Assembly (NCBI RefSeq): GCF_964355755.1
Contig: NC_092675.1
Location: forward strand, 14,232,912 to 14,296,911
DNA: 64,000 nt
Source of the DNA: Antedon mediterranea
Lineage: Eukaryota > Animalia > Echinodermata
Direction of reading: 5' to 3'
In this document: piece by piece, positions 22,901 to 37,942 of the stretch
How the letters are laid out: each line of letters begins with the position of its first letter
How positions within the stretch are numbered: the first letter of the stretch is position 1
Notes under the pieces: generated by a model
Database searches by the model: none
Seen by the model: the letters and a program-made list of their open reading frames with translations, nothing else
Told to the model about the DNA's origin: nothing
Made by a program: the position numbers and the translations under genes

Positions 22901-25900
22901 AGTGCTTAGAATAGCTTCAAATCGCATTTGGAAACGTTTTAGACCATTTTGTGATTTTAGAAAAAAATTGTTAACATAAAAACACCAAAGTGCTTAGAAT
23001 CACATTATAAACCGTTTTAGACCATTTTGAGCATTTCGATAACAATTTTCACACAAAAACATCAAAGAGCACAAAATAGCTTAATATCGTATTTAAAAAT
23101 GTTTTAGACCATTTTGAGAATTAGATAAAACTTTTTCACACAAAACACCAAAGTGCTTAGAATAGCTTCAAATCGCATTTGGAGACGTTTTAGACCATTT
23201 TGTGATTTTTGAAAAAACTTGTTAACATAAAAACACCAAAGTGCTTAGAATAGCTTCAAATCACATTTGGAGACGTTTTAGACCATTTTGTGATTTTTGA
23301 AAAAACTTGTTAACATAAAAACACGAAAGTGCTTAGAATAGCTTCAAATCGCATTTGGAAACGTTTTAGACCATTTTGTGATTTTCGAAAAAACTTAACA
23401 TAAAAACACGAAAGTGCTTAGAATAGCTTCAAATCGCATTTGGAAACGTTTTAGACCATTTTGTGATTTTCGAAAAAACTTGTTAACATAAAAACACCAA
23501 AGTGCTTAGAATAGCTTCAAATCGCATTTGGAAACGTTTTAGACCATTTTGTGATTTTCGAAAAAAATTGTTAACATAAAAACACCAAAGTGCTTAGAAT
23601 CACATTATAAACCGTTTTAGACCATTTTGAGCTTTTCGATAACAATTTTCACACAAAAACATCAAAGAGCACAAAATAGCTTAATATCGTATTTAAAAAT
23701 GTTTTAGACCATTTTGAGAATTAGATAAAACTTTTTCACACAAAACACCAAAGTGCTTAGAATAGCTTCAAATCGCATTTGGAGACGTTTTAGACCATTT
23801 TGTGATTTTTGAAAAAACTTGTTAACATAAAAACACCAAAGTGCTTAGAATAGCTTCAAATCACATTTGGAGAGGTTTTAGACCATTTTGTGATTTTTGA
23901 AAAAACTTGTTAACATAAAAACACGAAAGTGCTTAGAATAGCTTCAAATCGCATTTGGAAACGTTTTAGACCATTTTGTGATTTTAGAAAAAAATTGTTA
24001 ACATAAAAACACCAAAGTGCTTAGAATCACATTATAAACCGTTTTAGACCATTTTGAGCATTTCGATAACAATTTTCACACAAAAACATCAAAGAGCACA
24101 AAATAGCTTAATATCGTATTTAAAAATGTTTTAGACCATTTTGAGAATTAGATAAAACTTTTTCACACAAAACACCAAAGTGCTTAGAATAGCTTCAAAT
24201 CGCATTTGGAGACGTTTTAGACCATTTTGTGATTTTTGAAAAAACTTGTTAACATAAAAACACCAAAGTGCTTAGAATAGCTTCAAATCACATTTGGAGA
24301 CGTTTTAGACCATTTTGTGATTTTTGAAAAAACTTGTTAACATAAAAACACGAAAGTGCTTAGAATAGCTTCAAATCGCATTTGGAAACGTTTTAGACCA
24401 TTTTGTGATTTTCGAAAAAAATTGTTAACATAAAAACACCAAAGTGCTTAGAATCACATTATAAACCGTTTTAAACCATTTTGAGCATTTCGATAACAAT
24501 TTTCACACAAAAACATCAAAGAGCACAAAATAGCTTAATATCGTATTTAAAAATGTTTTAGACCATTTTGAGCATTTAGATAAAACTTTTTCACACAAAA
24601 CACCAAAGTGCTTAGAATAGCTTCAAATCGCATTTGGAGACGGTTTAGACCATTTTGTGATTTAAAAAAAAAAATTGTTAACATAAAAACACCAAAGTGC
24701 TTAGAATAGCTTCAAATCGCATTTGGAGACGTTTTAGACCATTTTGTGATTTTCGAAAAAACTTGTTAACATAAAAACACCAAAGTGCTTAGAAGAGCTT
24801 CAAATCGTATTTGGAGACGTTTTAGACCATTTTGAGATTTTCGAAAAAACTTGGTTACACAAAAACATCAAAGTGCTTAAAATCACAATATAAACCGTTT
24901 TAGACCATTTTGAGCATTTCGATAACACTTTTCACACAAAAACCTCAAAGAGCACAAAATAGCTTAATATCGTATTTAAATACGTTTTAGACCATTTTGA
25001 GCATTTCGACAAAACTTTTTCACACAAAACACCAAAGTGCTTAGAATAGCTTCAAATCGCATTTGGAGACGTTTTAGACCAATTTGTGCATTTCGATGAA
25101 ACTTGATTACACAAAAACATCAAAGTGCTTAAAATCACATTATAAACCGTTTTAGACCATTTTGAGCATTTCGATAACACTTTTCACACAAAAACATCAA
25201 AGAGCACAAAATAGCTTAATATCGTATTTAAAAACGTTTTAGACCATTTTGAGCATTTAGACAAAACTTTTTCACACAAAACACCAAAGTGCTTAGAATA
25301 GCTTCAAATCGCATTTGGAGACGTTTTAGACCAATTTGTGCATTTCGATGAAACTTGATTACACAAAAACATCAAAGTGCTTAAAATCACATTATAAACC
25401 GTTTTAGACCATTTTGAGCATTTCGATAACACTTTTCACACAAAAACATCAAAGAGCACAAAATAGCTTAATATCGTATTTAAAAACGTTTTAGACCATT
25501 TTGAGCATTTAGACAAAACTTTTTCACACAAAACACCAAAGTGCTTAGAATAGCTTCAAATCGCATTTGGAGACGTTTTAGAACATTTTGTGTTTTTCGA
25601 AAAAACCTGTTAACATAAAAACACCAAAGTGCTTAGAATAGCTTCAAATCGCATTTGGAGACGATTTAGACCATTTTGTGATTTTCGAAAAAACTTGTTA
25701 ACATAAAAACACCAAAGTGCTTAGAATAGCGTCAAATCGTATTTGGAGACGTTTTAGACCATTTTGTGATTTTCGAAAAAACTTGTTAACATAAAAACAC
25801 CAAAGTGCTTAGAATAGCTTCAAATCGCATTTGGAGACGTTTTAGACAATTTTGTGCATTTCGATGAAACTTGGTTACACAAAAACATCAAAGTGCTTAA

Positions 25901-28900
25901 AATCACATTATAAATCGTTTTAGACCATTTTGAGCATTTCGACAAAACTTTTTCACACAAAATACCAAAGTGCTTAGAATAGCTTCAAATCGCATTTGGA
26001 GACGTTTTAGACCATTTTGTGATTTTCGAAAAAACTTTTTAACATAAAAACACCAAAGTGCTTAGAATAGCTTCAAATCACATTTGGAGACGTTTTAGAC
26101 CATTTTGTGATTTTCGAAAAAACTTGTTAACATAAAAACACGAAAGTGCTTAGAATAGCTTCAAATCGCATTTGGAAACGTTTTAGACCATTTTGTGATT
26201 TTCGAAAAAAATTGTTAACATAAAAACCCCAAAGTGCTTAGAATCACATTATAAACCGTTTTAGACCATTTTGAGCATTTCGATAACAATTTTCACACAA
26301 AAACATCAAAGAGCACAAAATAGCTTAATATCGTATTTAAAAATGTTTTAGACCATTTTGAGCATTTAGATAAAACTTTTTCACACAAAACACCAAAGTG
26401 CTTAGAATAGCTTCAAATCGCATTTGGAGACGTTTTAGACCATTTTGTGATTTTTGAAAAAACTTGTTAACATAAAAACACCAAAGTGCTTAGAATAGCT
26501 TCAAATCACATTTGGAGACGTTTTAGACCATTTTGTGATTTTCGAAAAAACTTGTTAACATAAAAACACGAAAGTGCTTAGAATAGCTTCAAATCGCATT
26601 TGGAAACGTTTTAGACCATTTTGTGATTTTCGAAAAAACTTGTTAACATAAAAACACGAAAGTGCTTAGAATAAATTCAAATCGCATTTGGAAACGTTTT
26701 AGACCATTTTGTGATTTTCGAAAAAAAATGTTAACATAAAAACACCAAAGTGCTTAGAATCACATTATAAACCGTTTTAGACCATTTTGAGCATTTCGAT
26801 AACAATTTTCACACAAAAACATCAAAGAGCACAAAATAGATTAATATCGTATTTAAAAATGTTTTAGACAATTTTGAGCATTTAGATAAAACTTTTTCAC
26901 ACAAAACACCAAAGTGCTTAGAATAGCTTCAAATCGCATTTGGAGACGTTTTAGAGCATTTTGTGATTTTTGAAAAAACTTGTTAACATAAAAACACCAA
27001 AGTGCTTAGAATAGCTTCAAATCACATTTGGAGACGTTTTAGACCATTTTGTGATTTTTGAAAAAACTTGTTAACATAAAAACACGAAAGTGCTTAGAAT
27101 AGCTTCAAATCACATTTGGAGACGTTTTAGACCATTTTGTGATTTTTGAAAAAACTTGTTAACATAAAAACACGAAAGTGCTTAGAATAGCTTCAAATCG
27201 CATTTGGAAACGTTTTAGACCATTTTGTGATTTTCGAAAAAGATTGTTAACATAAAAACACCAAAGTGCTTAGAATCACATTATAAACCGTTTTAGACCA
27301 TTTTGAGCATTTCGATAACAATTTTCACACAAAAACATCAAAGAGCACAAAATAGCTTAATATCGTATTTAAAAATGTTTTAGACCATTTTGAGCATTTA
27401 GATAAAACTTTTTCTCACAAAACACCAAAGTGCTTAGAATAGCTTCAAATCGCATTTGGAGACGGTTTAGACCATTTTGTGATTTTGAAAAAACTTGTTA
27501 ACATAAAAACACCAAAGTGCTTAGAATAGCTTCAAATCGCATTTGGAGACGTTTTAGACCATTTTGTGATTTTCGAAAAAACTTGTTATCATAAAAACAC
27601 CAAAGTGCTTAGAATAGCTTCAAATCGTATTTGGAGACGTTTTAGACCTTTTTGAGATTTTCGAAAAAACTTGGTTACACAAAAACATCAAAGTGCTTAA
27701 AATCACATTATAAACCGTTTTAGACCATTTTGAGCATTTCGATAACACTTTTCACACAAAAACATCAAAGAGCACAAAAAAGCTTAATATCGTATTTAAA
27801 AACGTTTTAGACCATTTTGAACATTTCGACAAAACTTTTTCACACAAAACACCAAAGTGCTTAGAATAGCTTCAAATCGCATTTGGAGACGTTTTAGACC
27901 AATGTGTGCATTTCGATGAAACTTGATTACACAAAAACATCAAAGTGCTTAAAATCACATTATAAACCGTTTTAGACCATTTTGAGCATTTCGATAACAC
28001 TTTTCACACAAAAACATCAAAGAGCACAAAATAGCTTAATATCGTATTTAAAAACGTTTTAGACCATTTTGAGCATTTAGACAAAACTTTTTCACACAAA
28101 ACACCAAAGTGCTTAGAATAGCTTCAAATCGCATTTGGAGACGTTTTAGAACATTTTGTGTTTTTCGAAAAAACCTGTTAACATAAAAACACCAAAGTGC
28201 TTAGAATAGCTTCAAATCGCATTTGGAGACGATTTAGACCATTTTGTGATTTTCGAAAAAAGTTGTTAACATAAAAACACCAAAGTGCTTAGAATAGCGT
28301 CAAATCGTATTTGGAGACGTTTTAGACCATTTTGTGATTTTCGAAAAAACTTGTTAACATAAAAACACCAAAGTGCTTAGAATAGCTTCAAATCGCATTT
28401 GGAGACGTTTTAGACCATTTTGTGCATTTCGATGACACTTGGTTACACAAAAACATCAAAGTGCTTAAAATCACATTATAAATCGTTTTAGACCATTTTG
28501 AGCATTTCGACAAAACTTTTTCACACAAAATACCAAAGTGCTTAGAATAGCTTCAAATCGCATTTGGAGACGTTTTAGACCATTTTGTGATTTTCGAAAA
28601 AACTTTTTAACATAAAAACACCAAAGTGCTTAGAATAGCTTCAAATCACATTTGGAGACGTTTTAGACCATTTTGTGATTTTCGAAAAAACTTGTTAACA
28701 TAAAAACACGAAAGTGCTTAGAATAGCTTCAAATCGCATTTGGAAACGTTTTAGACCATTTTGTGATTTTCGAAAAAAATTGTTAACATAAAAACACCAA
28801 AGTGCTTAGAATCACATTATAAACCGTTTTAGACCATTTTGAGCATTTCGATAAAAAATTTCACACAAAAACATCAAAGAGCACAAAATAGCTTAATATC

Positions 28901-31900
28901 GTATTTAAAAATGTTTTAGACCATTTTGAGCATTTAGATAAAACTTTTTCACACAAAACACCAAAGTGCTTAGAATAGCTTCAAATCGCATTTGGAGACG
29001 TTTTAGACCATTTTGTGATTTTTGAAAAAACTTGTTAACATAAAAACATCAAAGTGTACAGAATAACTTCAAATCGCATTTGGAGACCGTTTTAGGCCAA
29101 TTTGTGATTTTCGAAAAAACTTGTTAACCTAAAAATACCAAAGTGTTTAGAATAGCTTCAAATCGCATTTAGAGACGTTTTAGACCATTTTGTGATTTTC
29201 GAAAAAACTTGTTAACATAAAAACACCAAAGTGCTTAGAATAGCTTCAAATCGCATTTGGAGACATTTTAGACCATTTTGTGATTTTTGAAAAAAACTTG
29301 TTAACATAAAAACACCAAAGTGCTTACAATAGCTTCAAATCGTATTTGGAGACGTTTTAGACCATTTTGTGATTTTCGAAAAAACTTGTTAACATAAAAA
29401 CACCAAAGTACTTAGAATAGCTTCAAATCGCATTTGGAGACGTTTTTGACCATTTTGTGCATTTCGATGAAACTTGGTTACACAAAAACATCAAAGTGCT
29501 TAAAATCACATTATAAACCGTTTTAGACCATTTGAGCATTTCGATAACACTTTTCACACAAAAACATCAAAGAGCACAAAATAGCTTAATATCGTATTTA
29601 AAAACGTTTTAGACCATTTTGAGCATTTCGACAAAACTTTTTCACACAAAACACCAAAGTGCTTAGAATAGCTTCAAATCGCATTTGGAGACGTTTTAGA
29701 CCAATTTGTGCATTTCAATGAAACTTGGTTACACAAAAACATCAAAGTGCTTAAAATCACATTATAAAACGTTTTAGACCATTTTGAGCATTTAGACAAA
29801 ACTTTTTCACACAAAACACCAAAGTGCTTAGAATAGCTTCAAATCGCATTTGGAGACGTTTTAGACCATTTTGTGATTTTCAAAAAAACTTGTTAACATA
29901 AAAACACCAAAGTGCTTAGAATAGCTTCAAATCGTATTTGGAGACGTTTTAGACCATTTTGTGATTTTCGAAAAAAACTTGTTAACATAAAAACACCAAA
30001 GTGCTTAGAATAGCTTCAAATCGCATTTGGAGACGTTTTAGACCATTTTGTGATTTTTGAAAAAACTTGTAAACATAAAAACACCAAAGTGCTTAGAATA
30101 GCTTCAAATCACATTTGGAGACGTTTTAGACCATTTTGTGATTTTCGAAAAAACTTGTTAACATAAAAACACGAACGTGTTTAGAATATCTTCAAATCGC
30201 ATTTGGAAACGTTTTAGACCATTTTGTGATTTTCGAAAAAACTTGTTAACATAAAAACACGAAAGTGCTTAGAATAGCTTCAAATCGCATTTGGAAACGT
30301 TTTAGACCATTTTGTGATTTTCGAAAAAAATTGTTAAAATAAAAACACGAAAGTGCTTAGAATAGCTTCAAATCACATTTGGAGACGTTTTAGACCATTT
30401 TGTGATTTTTCAAAAAACTTGTTAACATAAAAACACGAAAGTGCTTAGAATAGCTTCAAATCGCATTTGGAAACGTTTTAGACCATTTTGTGATTTTCGA
30501 AAAAGATTGTTAACATAAAAACACCAAAGTGCTTAGAATCACATTATAAACCGTTTTAGACCATTTTGAGCATTTCGATAACAATTTTCACACAAAAACA
30601 TCAAAGAGCACAAAATAGCTTAATATCGTATTTAAAAATGTTTTAGACCATTTTGAGCATTTAGATAAAACTTTTTCACACAAAAAACCAAAGTGCTTAG
30701 AATAGCTTCAAATCGCATTTGGAGACGGTTTAGACCATTTTGTGATTTTGAAAAAACTTGTTAACATAAAAACACCAAAGTGCTTAGAATAGCTTCAAAT
30801 CGCATTTGGAGACGTTTTAGACCATTTTGTGATTTTCGAAAAAACTTGTTAACATAAAAACACCAAAGTGCTTAGAATAGCTTCAAATCACATTTGGAGA
30901 CGTTTTAGACCATTTTGTGATTTTTGAAAAAACTTGTTAACATAAAAACACGAAAGTGCTTAGAATAGCTTCAAATCACATTTGGAGACGTTTTAGACCA
31001 TTTTGTGATTTTCGAAAAAGATTGTTAACATAAAAACACCAAAGTGCTTAGAATCACATTATAAACCGTTTTAGACCATTTTGAGCATTTCGATAACAAT
31101 TTTCACACAAAAACATCAAAGAGCACAAAATAGCTTAATATCGTATTTAAAAATGTTTTAGACCATTTTGAGCATTTAGATAAAACTTTTTCACACAAAA
31201 CACCAAAGTGCTTAGAATAGCTTCAAATCGCATTTGGAGACGGTTTAGACCATTTTGTGATTTTGAAAAAACTTGTTAACATAAAAACACCAAAGTGCTT
31301 AGAATAGCTTCAAATTGCATTTGGAGACGTTTTAGACCATTTTGTGATTTTCGAAAAAACTTGTTAACATAAAAACACCAAAGTGCTTAGAATAGCTTCA
31401 AATCGTATTTGGAGACGTTTTAGACCATTTTGAGATTTTCGAAAAAACTTGGTTACACAAAAACATCAAAGTGCTTAAAATCACATTATAAACCGTTTTA
31501 GACCATTTTGAGCATTTCGATAACACTTTTCACACAAAAACATCAAAGAGCACAAAATAGCTTAATATCGTATTTAAAAACGTTTTAGACCATTTTGAGC
31601 ATTTCGACAAAAGGAGACGGTTTAGACCATTTTGTGATTTTGAAAAAACTTGTTAACATAAAAACACCAAAGTGCTTAGAATAGCTTCAAATCGCATTTG
31701 GAGACGTTTTAGACCATTTTGTGATTTTCGAAAAAACTTGTTAACATAAAAACACCAAAGTGCTTAGAATAGCTTCAAATCGTATTTGGAGACGTTTTAG
31801 ACCATTTTGAGATTTTCGAAAAAACTTGGTTACACAAAAACATCAAAGTGCTTAAAATCACATTATAAACCGTTTTAGACCATTTTGAGCATTTCGATAA

Positions 31901-34900
31901 CACTTTTCACACAAAAACATCAAAGAGCACAAAATAGCTTAATATCGTATTTAAAAACGTTTTAGACCATTTTGAGCATTTCGACAAAACTTTTTCACAC
32001 AAAACACCAAAGTGCTTAGAATAGCTTCAAATCGCATTTGGAGACGTTTTAGACCAATTTGTGCATTTCGATGAAACTTGATTACACAAAAACATCAAAG
32101 TGCTTAAAATCACATTATAAACCGTTTTAGACCATTTTGAGCATTTTGATAACACTTTTCACACAAAAACATCAAAGAGCACAAAATAGCTTAATATCGT
32201 ATTTAAAAACGTTTTAGACCATTTTGAGCATTTCGACAAAACTTTTTCACACAAAACACCAAAGTGCTTAGAATAGCTTCAAATCGCATTTGGAGACGTT
32301 TTAGACCAATTTGTGCATTTCGATGAAACTTGATTACACAAAAACATCAAAATGCTTAAAATCACATTATAAACCGTTTTAGACCATTTTGAGCATTTCG
32401 ATAACACTTTTCACACAAAAACATCAAAGAGCACAAAATAGCTTAATATCGTATTTAAAAACGTTTTAGACCATTTTGAGCATTTAGACAAAACTTTTTC
32501 ACACAAAACACCAAAGTGCTTAGAATAGCTTCAAATCGCATTTTGAGACGTTTTAGACCATTTTGTGATTTTTGAAAAAACTTGTTAACATAAAAACACC
32601 AAAGTGCTTAGAATAGCTTCAAATCACATTTGGAGACGTTTTAGACCATTTTGTGATTTTCGAAAAAACTTGTTAACATAAAAACACCAAAGTGCTTAGA
32701 ATAGCTTCAAATCGCATTTGGAAACGTTTTAGACCATTTTGTGATTTTCGAAAAAACTTGTTAACATAAAAACACGAAAGTGCTTAGAATCACATTATAA
32801 ACCGTTTTAGACCATTTTGAGCATTTCGATAACAATTTTCACACAAAAACATCAAAGAGCACAAAATAGCTTAATATCGTATTTAAAAATGTTTTAGACC
32901 ATTTTGAGCATTTAGATAAAACTTTTAAACACAAAACACCAAAGTGCTTAGAATAGCTTCAAATCGCATTTGGAGACGTTTTAGACCATTTTGTGATTTT
33001 TGAAAAAACTTGTTAACATAAAAACACCAAAGTGCTTAGAATAGCTTCAAATCACATTTGGAGATGTTTTAGACCATTTTGTGATTTTTGAAAAAACTTG
33101 TTAACATAAAAACACGAAAGTGCTTAGAATAGCTTCAAATCGCATTTGGAAACGTTTTAGACCATTTTGTGATTTTCGACAAAACTTGTTAACATAAAAA
33201 CACGAAAGTGCTTAGAATCAAATTATAAACCGTTTTAGACCATTTTGAGCATTTCGAAAACAATTTTCACACAAAAACATCAAAGAGCACAAAATAGCTT
33301 AATATCGTATTTAAAAACGTTTTAGACCATTTTGAGCATTTCGACAAAACTTGTTAACATAAAAACACCAAAGTGCTTAGAATCACATTATAAACCGTTT
33401 TAGACCATTTTGAGCATTTCGATAACACTTTTCACACAAAAACATCAAAGAGCACAAAATAGCTTAATATCGTATTTAAAAACGTTTTAGACCATTTTGA
33501 GCATTTAGACAAAACTTTTTCACACAAAACACCAAAGTGCTTAGAATAGCTTCAAATCGAATTTGGAGACGTTTTAGAACATTTTGTGTTTTTCGGAAAA
33601 AACTGTTAACATAAAAACACGAAAGTGCTTAGAATAGCTTCAAATCGCATTTGGAGACGTTTTAGAACATTTTGTGTTCTTCGAAAAAACCTGTTAACAT
33701 AAAAACACCAAAGTGCTTAGAATAGCTTCAAATCGCATTTGGAGACGTTTTAGACCATTTTGTGATTTTCGAAAAAACTTGTTAACATAAAAACACCAAA
33801 GTGCTTAGAATAGCTTCAAATCACATTTGGAGACGTTTTAGACCATTTTGTGATTTTCGAAAAAACTTGTTAACATAAAAACACCAAAGTGCTTAGAATA
33901 GCGTCAAATCGTATTTGGAGACGTTTTAGACCATTTTGTGATTTTCGAAAAAACTTGTTAACATAAAAACACCAAAGTGCTTAGAATAGCTTCAAATCGC
34001 ATTTGGAGACGTCCATTTTGTGCATTTCGATGAAACTTGGTTACACAAAAACATCAAAGTGCTTAAAATCACATTATAAATCGTTTTAGACCATTTTGAG
34101 CATTTCGACAAAACTTTTTCACACAAAATACCAAAGTGCTTAGAATAGCTTCAAATCGCATTTGGAGACGTTTTAGACCATTTTGTGATTTTCGAAAAAA
34201 CTTTTTAACATAAAAACATCAAAGTGTACAGAATAGCTTCAAATCGCATTTGGAGACGTTTTAGACCAATTTGTGATTTTCGAAAAAACTTATTAACATA
34301 AAAATACCAAAGTGTTTAGAATAGCTTAAAATCGCATTTGGAGACGTTTTAGACCATTTTGTGATTTTCGAAAAAACTTGTTAACATAAAAACACCAAAG
34401 TGCTTAGAATAGCTTCAAATCGCATTTGGAGACGTTTTAGACCATTTTGTGATTTTTTAAAAAACTTGTTAACATAAAAACACCAAAGTGCTTAGAATAG
34501 CTTCAAATCGTATTTGGAGACGTTTTAGACCATTTTGTGATTTTCGAAAAAACTTGTTAACATAAAAACACCAAAGTGCTTAGAATTGCTTCAAATCGCA
34601 TTTGGAGACGTTTTAGACCATTTTGTGCATTTCGATGAAACTTGGTTACACAAAAACATCAAAGTGCTTAAAATCACATTATAAACCATTTTAGACCATT
34701 TTGAGCATTTCGATAACACTTTTCACACAAAAACATCAAAGAGCACAAAATAGCTTAATATCGTATTTAAAAACGTTTTAGACCATTTTGAGCATTTCGA
34801 CAAAACTTTTTCACACAAAACACCAAAGTGCTTAGAATAGCTTCAAATCGCATTTGGAGACGTTTTAGACCATTTTGTGATTTTCGAAAAAACTTGTTAA

Positions 34901-35185
34901 CATAAAAACATCAAAGTGTACAGAATAACTTCAAATCGCATTTGGAGACCGTTTTAGGCCAATTTGTGATTTTCGAAAAAACTTGTTAACCTAAAAATAC
35001 CAAAGTGTTTAGAATAGCTTCAAATCGCATTTGGAGACGTTTTAGACCATTTTGTGATTTTCGAAAAAACTTGTTAACATAAAAACACCAAAGTGCTTAG
35101 AATAGCTTCAAATCGCATTTGGAGACATTTTAGACCAATTTGTGATTTTTGAAAAAACTTGTTAACATAAAAACACCAAAGTGCT
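19952..35185. repeat. Satellite array (block 3)
   Basis: Same monomer family and orientation. Confidence 0.99.
22350..24400. repeat. 1027-bp tandem block duplication within the satellite
   Basis: Variants recur 1027 bp apart: AAACTTAACA deletion (22367/23394), GAGCTTTTCG (22605/23632), GGAGAGGTTTT (22847/23874). Boundaries are approximate. Confidence 0.88.
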
Positions 35186-35319
35186 CACGGCTGTTTCAGA
35201 GCGACATAAAGTAGTGAGCCCTCTATCGGTAAAAGTTAAATATTTTCGAAATTGAGAGCGCTATACAAACGCGGAAACGATTTGTTTTTATTTAGCGAAA
35301 ATAATTACATCATATTTAA

Positions 35320-35448
35320 TCAACGAATCAGAAGCCTTTGGTTGTTGAAATCGTTGAGATTTCTTATGAATATTCATTAGGAATGTCCTGGTTGTTGTGG
35401 GAATCGATTTTGAGACACGAAGCTTGAATACTTTGGTCGTGGTGAGTA
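35320..35448 (+). promoter_or_regulatory. Putative inward-facing promoter module of element 3
   Basis: AACGAATCAG (degenerate CCAAT box) at about 35322, ATGAATATTCAT at 35366-35377, and TG|GTGAGT donor at 35442. Confidence 0.5.
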
Positions 35449-36065
35449 GTTGAAATAATGAGATATTTTAATAGTTTTTTTGTTGCTTTTTGTTATGATT
35501 ACGGCAAAAATTGCACCACGTGTCTGTTGAATTTTTTAAAGAACCAAAATAAACATTTTTGGGTACTTAAATAGTTGTTGAACCTCTAGAATTAAAATAG
35601 TTTTAACGGCAGATCTAGGCCCAGTTTACCACTCATTCAAAGTTTCATGGCTAAACCCACGTGTTTTACGTAGGTGGGTGGGCTTTAAACACACTAGAGC
35701 CTATACTCGGGGGACTGTTGTATCTAGTTACTATGGCCAGGATCTGTTAATTAAATAAGTTCAGGCTTTTGGTGTTCAAGAAAAATAAAAGATTTCTATT
35801 TATAATAATATACAGGCCTAGAAGCGTACTTAACAATAATTAATACATTTATTGAGCCTATATGGTACGATACGAGGTCTATATAGGTACATACTATAGA
35901 GTAGCGCCATATATTATATAGACATCGACTCAAGACTTGGCCTATTTATGTCTTGATTTATAGTCGACAAAGGCAAGGCAAAATCAATATTTTTTTTATT
36001 TTTCCATCACGCATGTTGACCCCTTGTATGCATATTCCAGCACCATCACTGCTTGCGAATTATTA

Positions 36066-36274
36066 TTATAGCGTGCTTAAAATATTTATTAGTTTCAATT
36101 GATTGCGTACAATTTTTTTTATAGGATGAAAACCTTTATTCCTTGGACGTGTGACTTCACTTGACCTTTCACGAATGATTGCAAACTCAAAATGGAACTG
36201 TTTTATCAACTGGTGTTCATGCTTCCAATTACTAATCCATTCATAGAAGAAAGTTCCAATGAAGTCAATAGTGA
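36066..36274 (-). pseudogene. Internally deleted last-exon remnant of the same transposase type
   Basis: After a TTTTCAG acceptor on -, the open frame reads TIDFIGTFFYEWISNWKHEHQLIKQFHFEFAIIRERSSEVTRPRNKGFHP. EVTRP is shared with the C-terminus in element 1, and WxxxW...QxxxxxHxEF resembles the region around the catalytic Glu. Confidence 0.45.
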
Positions 36275-36668
36275 CTGAAAATAGACACGAGACCGGACAT
36301 ATTTCGACTTTAGTTCATCGAATTATGTAAATTTATCTAAGAAAAGATTTACGTTAAAATATAAATATTAATATTTTGAAGCTAATCTAGATTGTGATGA
36401 CATTTTATAATTATTGTTGTAGGCCTATTGTTTTTTAGTTTTAACACAAAATATTAAATTATATTTTTATTAGACTAGAGTAAATATATTATATAAAGTG
36501 ATAATATGTAATTTAAAATATACAATCAACTGGATATTGAATCAATGTTTTTGTTATTTCCAAGTCTACATCTACTTAGTATCATGCTTATCAGCCTAGG
36601 CCCATTATCTATATAAATATAGGGACATACATAGTATAGGTATACTGATACTGTACTTGATGCCTAAA

Positions 36669-37150
36669 CAATTCATTCATTCATTCAGATAATATTTATT
36701 TAGATAATAATGAATGAATATATACAAAATAGAAAAAAGATATTAAAGTGAACATAGATAAAGCAGTAATTGGTAGTCATTATTATCATGGATCCCTTCT
36801 AGAAGTTAAAAACTTGTCTCGTAGGGACCCACAACAAAACACATTACTAAAAAATTAAAAATAACCTAGAATATATAATTATATAATTTAGGATAAAAAA
36901 TTACAGTATAATAACGTAACTAACATCTTCTTTATAAAAATTATTTAAATTATATTTCAATAGTTTCATGATAATTATAAATGAAATAACTACCGATATT
37001 GGTAAATGAAAAAAAAAAAAATATGTATACATAAATTATAATTCCAGTATATATATAGTATATACTATATATACATTATATATAGTATAGATTAAAGATT
37101 CCAATAATAAACAACAACTAATATTTTGTGTAAGACATAAATAGTAAATT
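36669..37150 (-). mobile_element. Possible decayed 3' end of a CR1/L2-clade LINE nested in element 3
   Basis: On -: YYWNL / HLPISV...MKLLKYNLNNFY-like terminal RT motif, a stem-loop GGGTCCCT...ACAAG...CTT...AGGGATCC (about 36789-36830), then AATAAA and a (TGAA)n tail (ATTCATTCATTCATTCA at about 36671-36687 on +). Boundaries are approximate. Confidence 0.4.
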
Positions 37151-37942
37151 AATTTCTATTATAAATAAGTCTAGCCATAAATTTCCTAAAAAATATGGCA
37201 TGTTACAAATTGTAATAATAATGAAAATAAGTATAAGACCTACTTTTATGTTCAAAACACAATTTTTGTATGTAGGCCTAATTAACAAAATGTAGGCCTA
37301 CTTCACTACTATTACTAGCCTAGGTAGGCTACTGTGACCGTGTAAGTCCACCCACCAAGCCTATCAGACCTACACAGTAGGCCTAAGAATCACAAATTGA
37401 TTAAAATAGCCATTTTATATGCTTAATTTTAACATAGTTGCAGGTTTGCCGTTAAACTGGGATTTTGCAGGTTGATAACTAAATAGTTTAAGATTACTAT
37501 TTTCTTAACAAATCTCCGAAAAAAAATTCGACGGACGAACGAGAAGACGATAAATCTGACGAAATTTCTGCCGTAAATTGAGGGCGCTTTAAATATTAAT
37601 TTCGTCGATTGTTTTGTATTGCAAGGCCTTCAAAAAAGTAGCGATATTTTTATCTACAAACACAAATTTCGTAATATGTTTATTATTTTATGTTCTTGAA
37701 AACTTAGTAAAACAAATAATATCAACAATATTAGACATTTTATTAATTATTTTAGAATTCCATGTATAAATATAAAAGCATTATTATGCATTAAGGAAGT
37801 AAACGAACTATGCAGCGTTGCTAAGTATCGGCGGTGCATGGAAACAATGAAAAAGTGTTCGAGAACACGCGGCTAGCGAATAAAAGGAAAAGCGCGTTGT
37901 AAACACTTAGTGTCGCGCATTACGTGCATTGAAACAGCCGTG

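Larger units (their letters stand above)
35186..37942 (-). mobile_element. Non-autonomous Chapaev-like DNA transposon, 2.76 kb (element 3)
   Basis: Perfect 13-bp TIR CACGGCTGTTTCA / TGAAACAGCCGTG with 4-bp TSD TGCT (35182-35185 and 37943-37946). The empty site AAAGTGCTTACAATAGC occurs at about 11231. Shares subterminal motifs with elements 1 and 4. Confidence 0.9.

Noticed and set aside
36125-36277. RAG2-like kelch or acidic remnant on + (DENLYSLDV..., EESSNEVNSD)
   Set aside because: It needs frameshifts and contains stops, while the opposite strand gives one open frame sharing EVTRP with the element 1 transposase.
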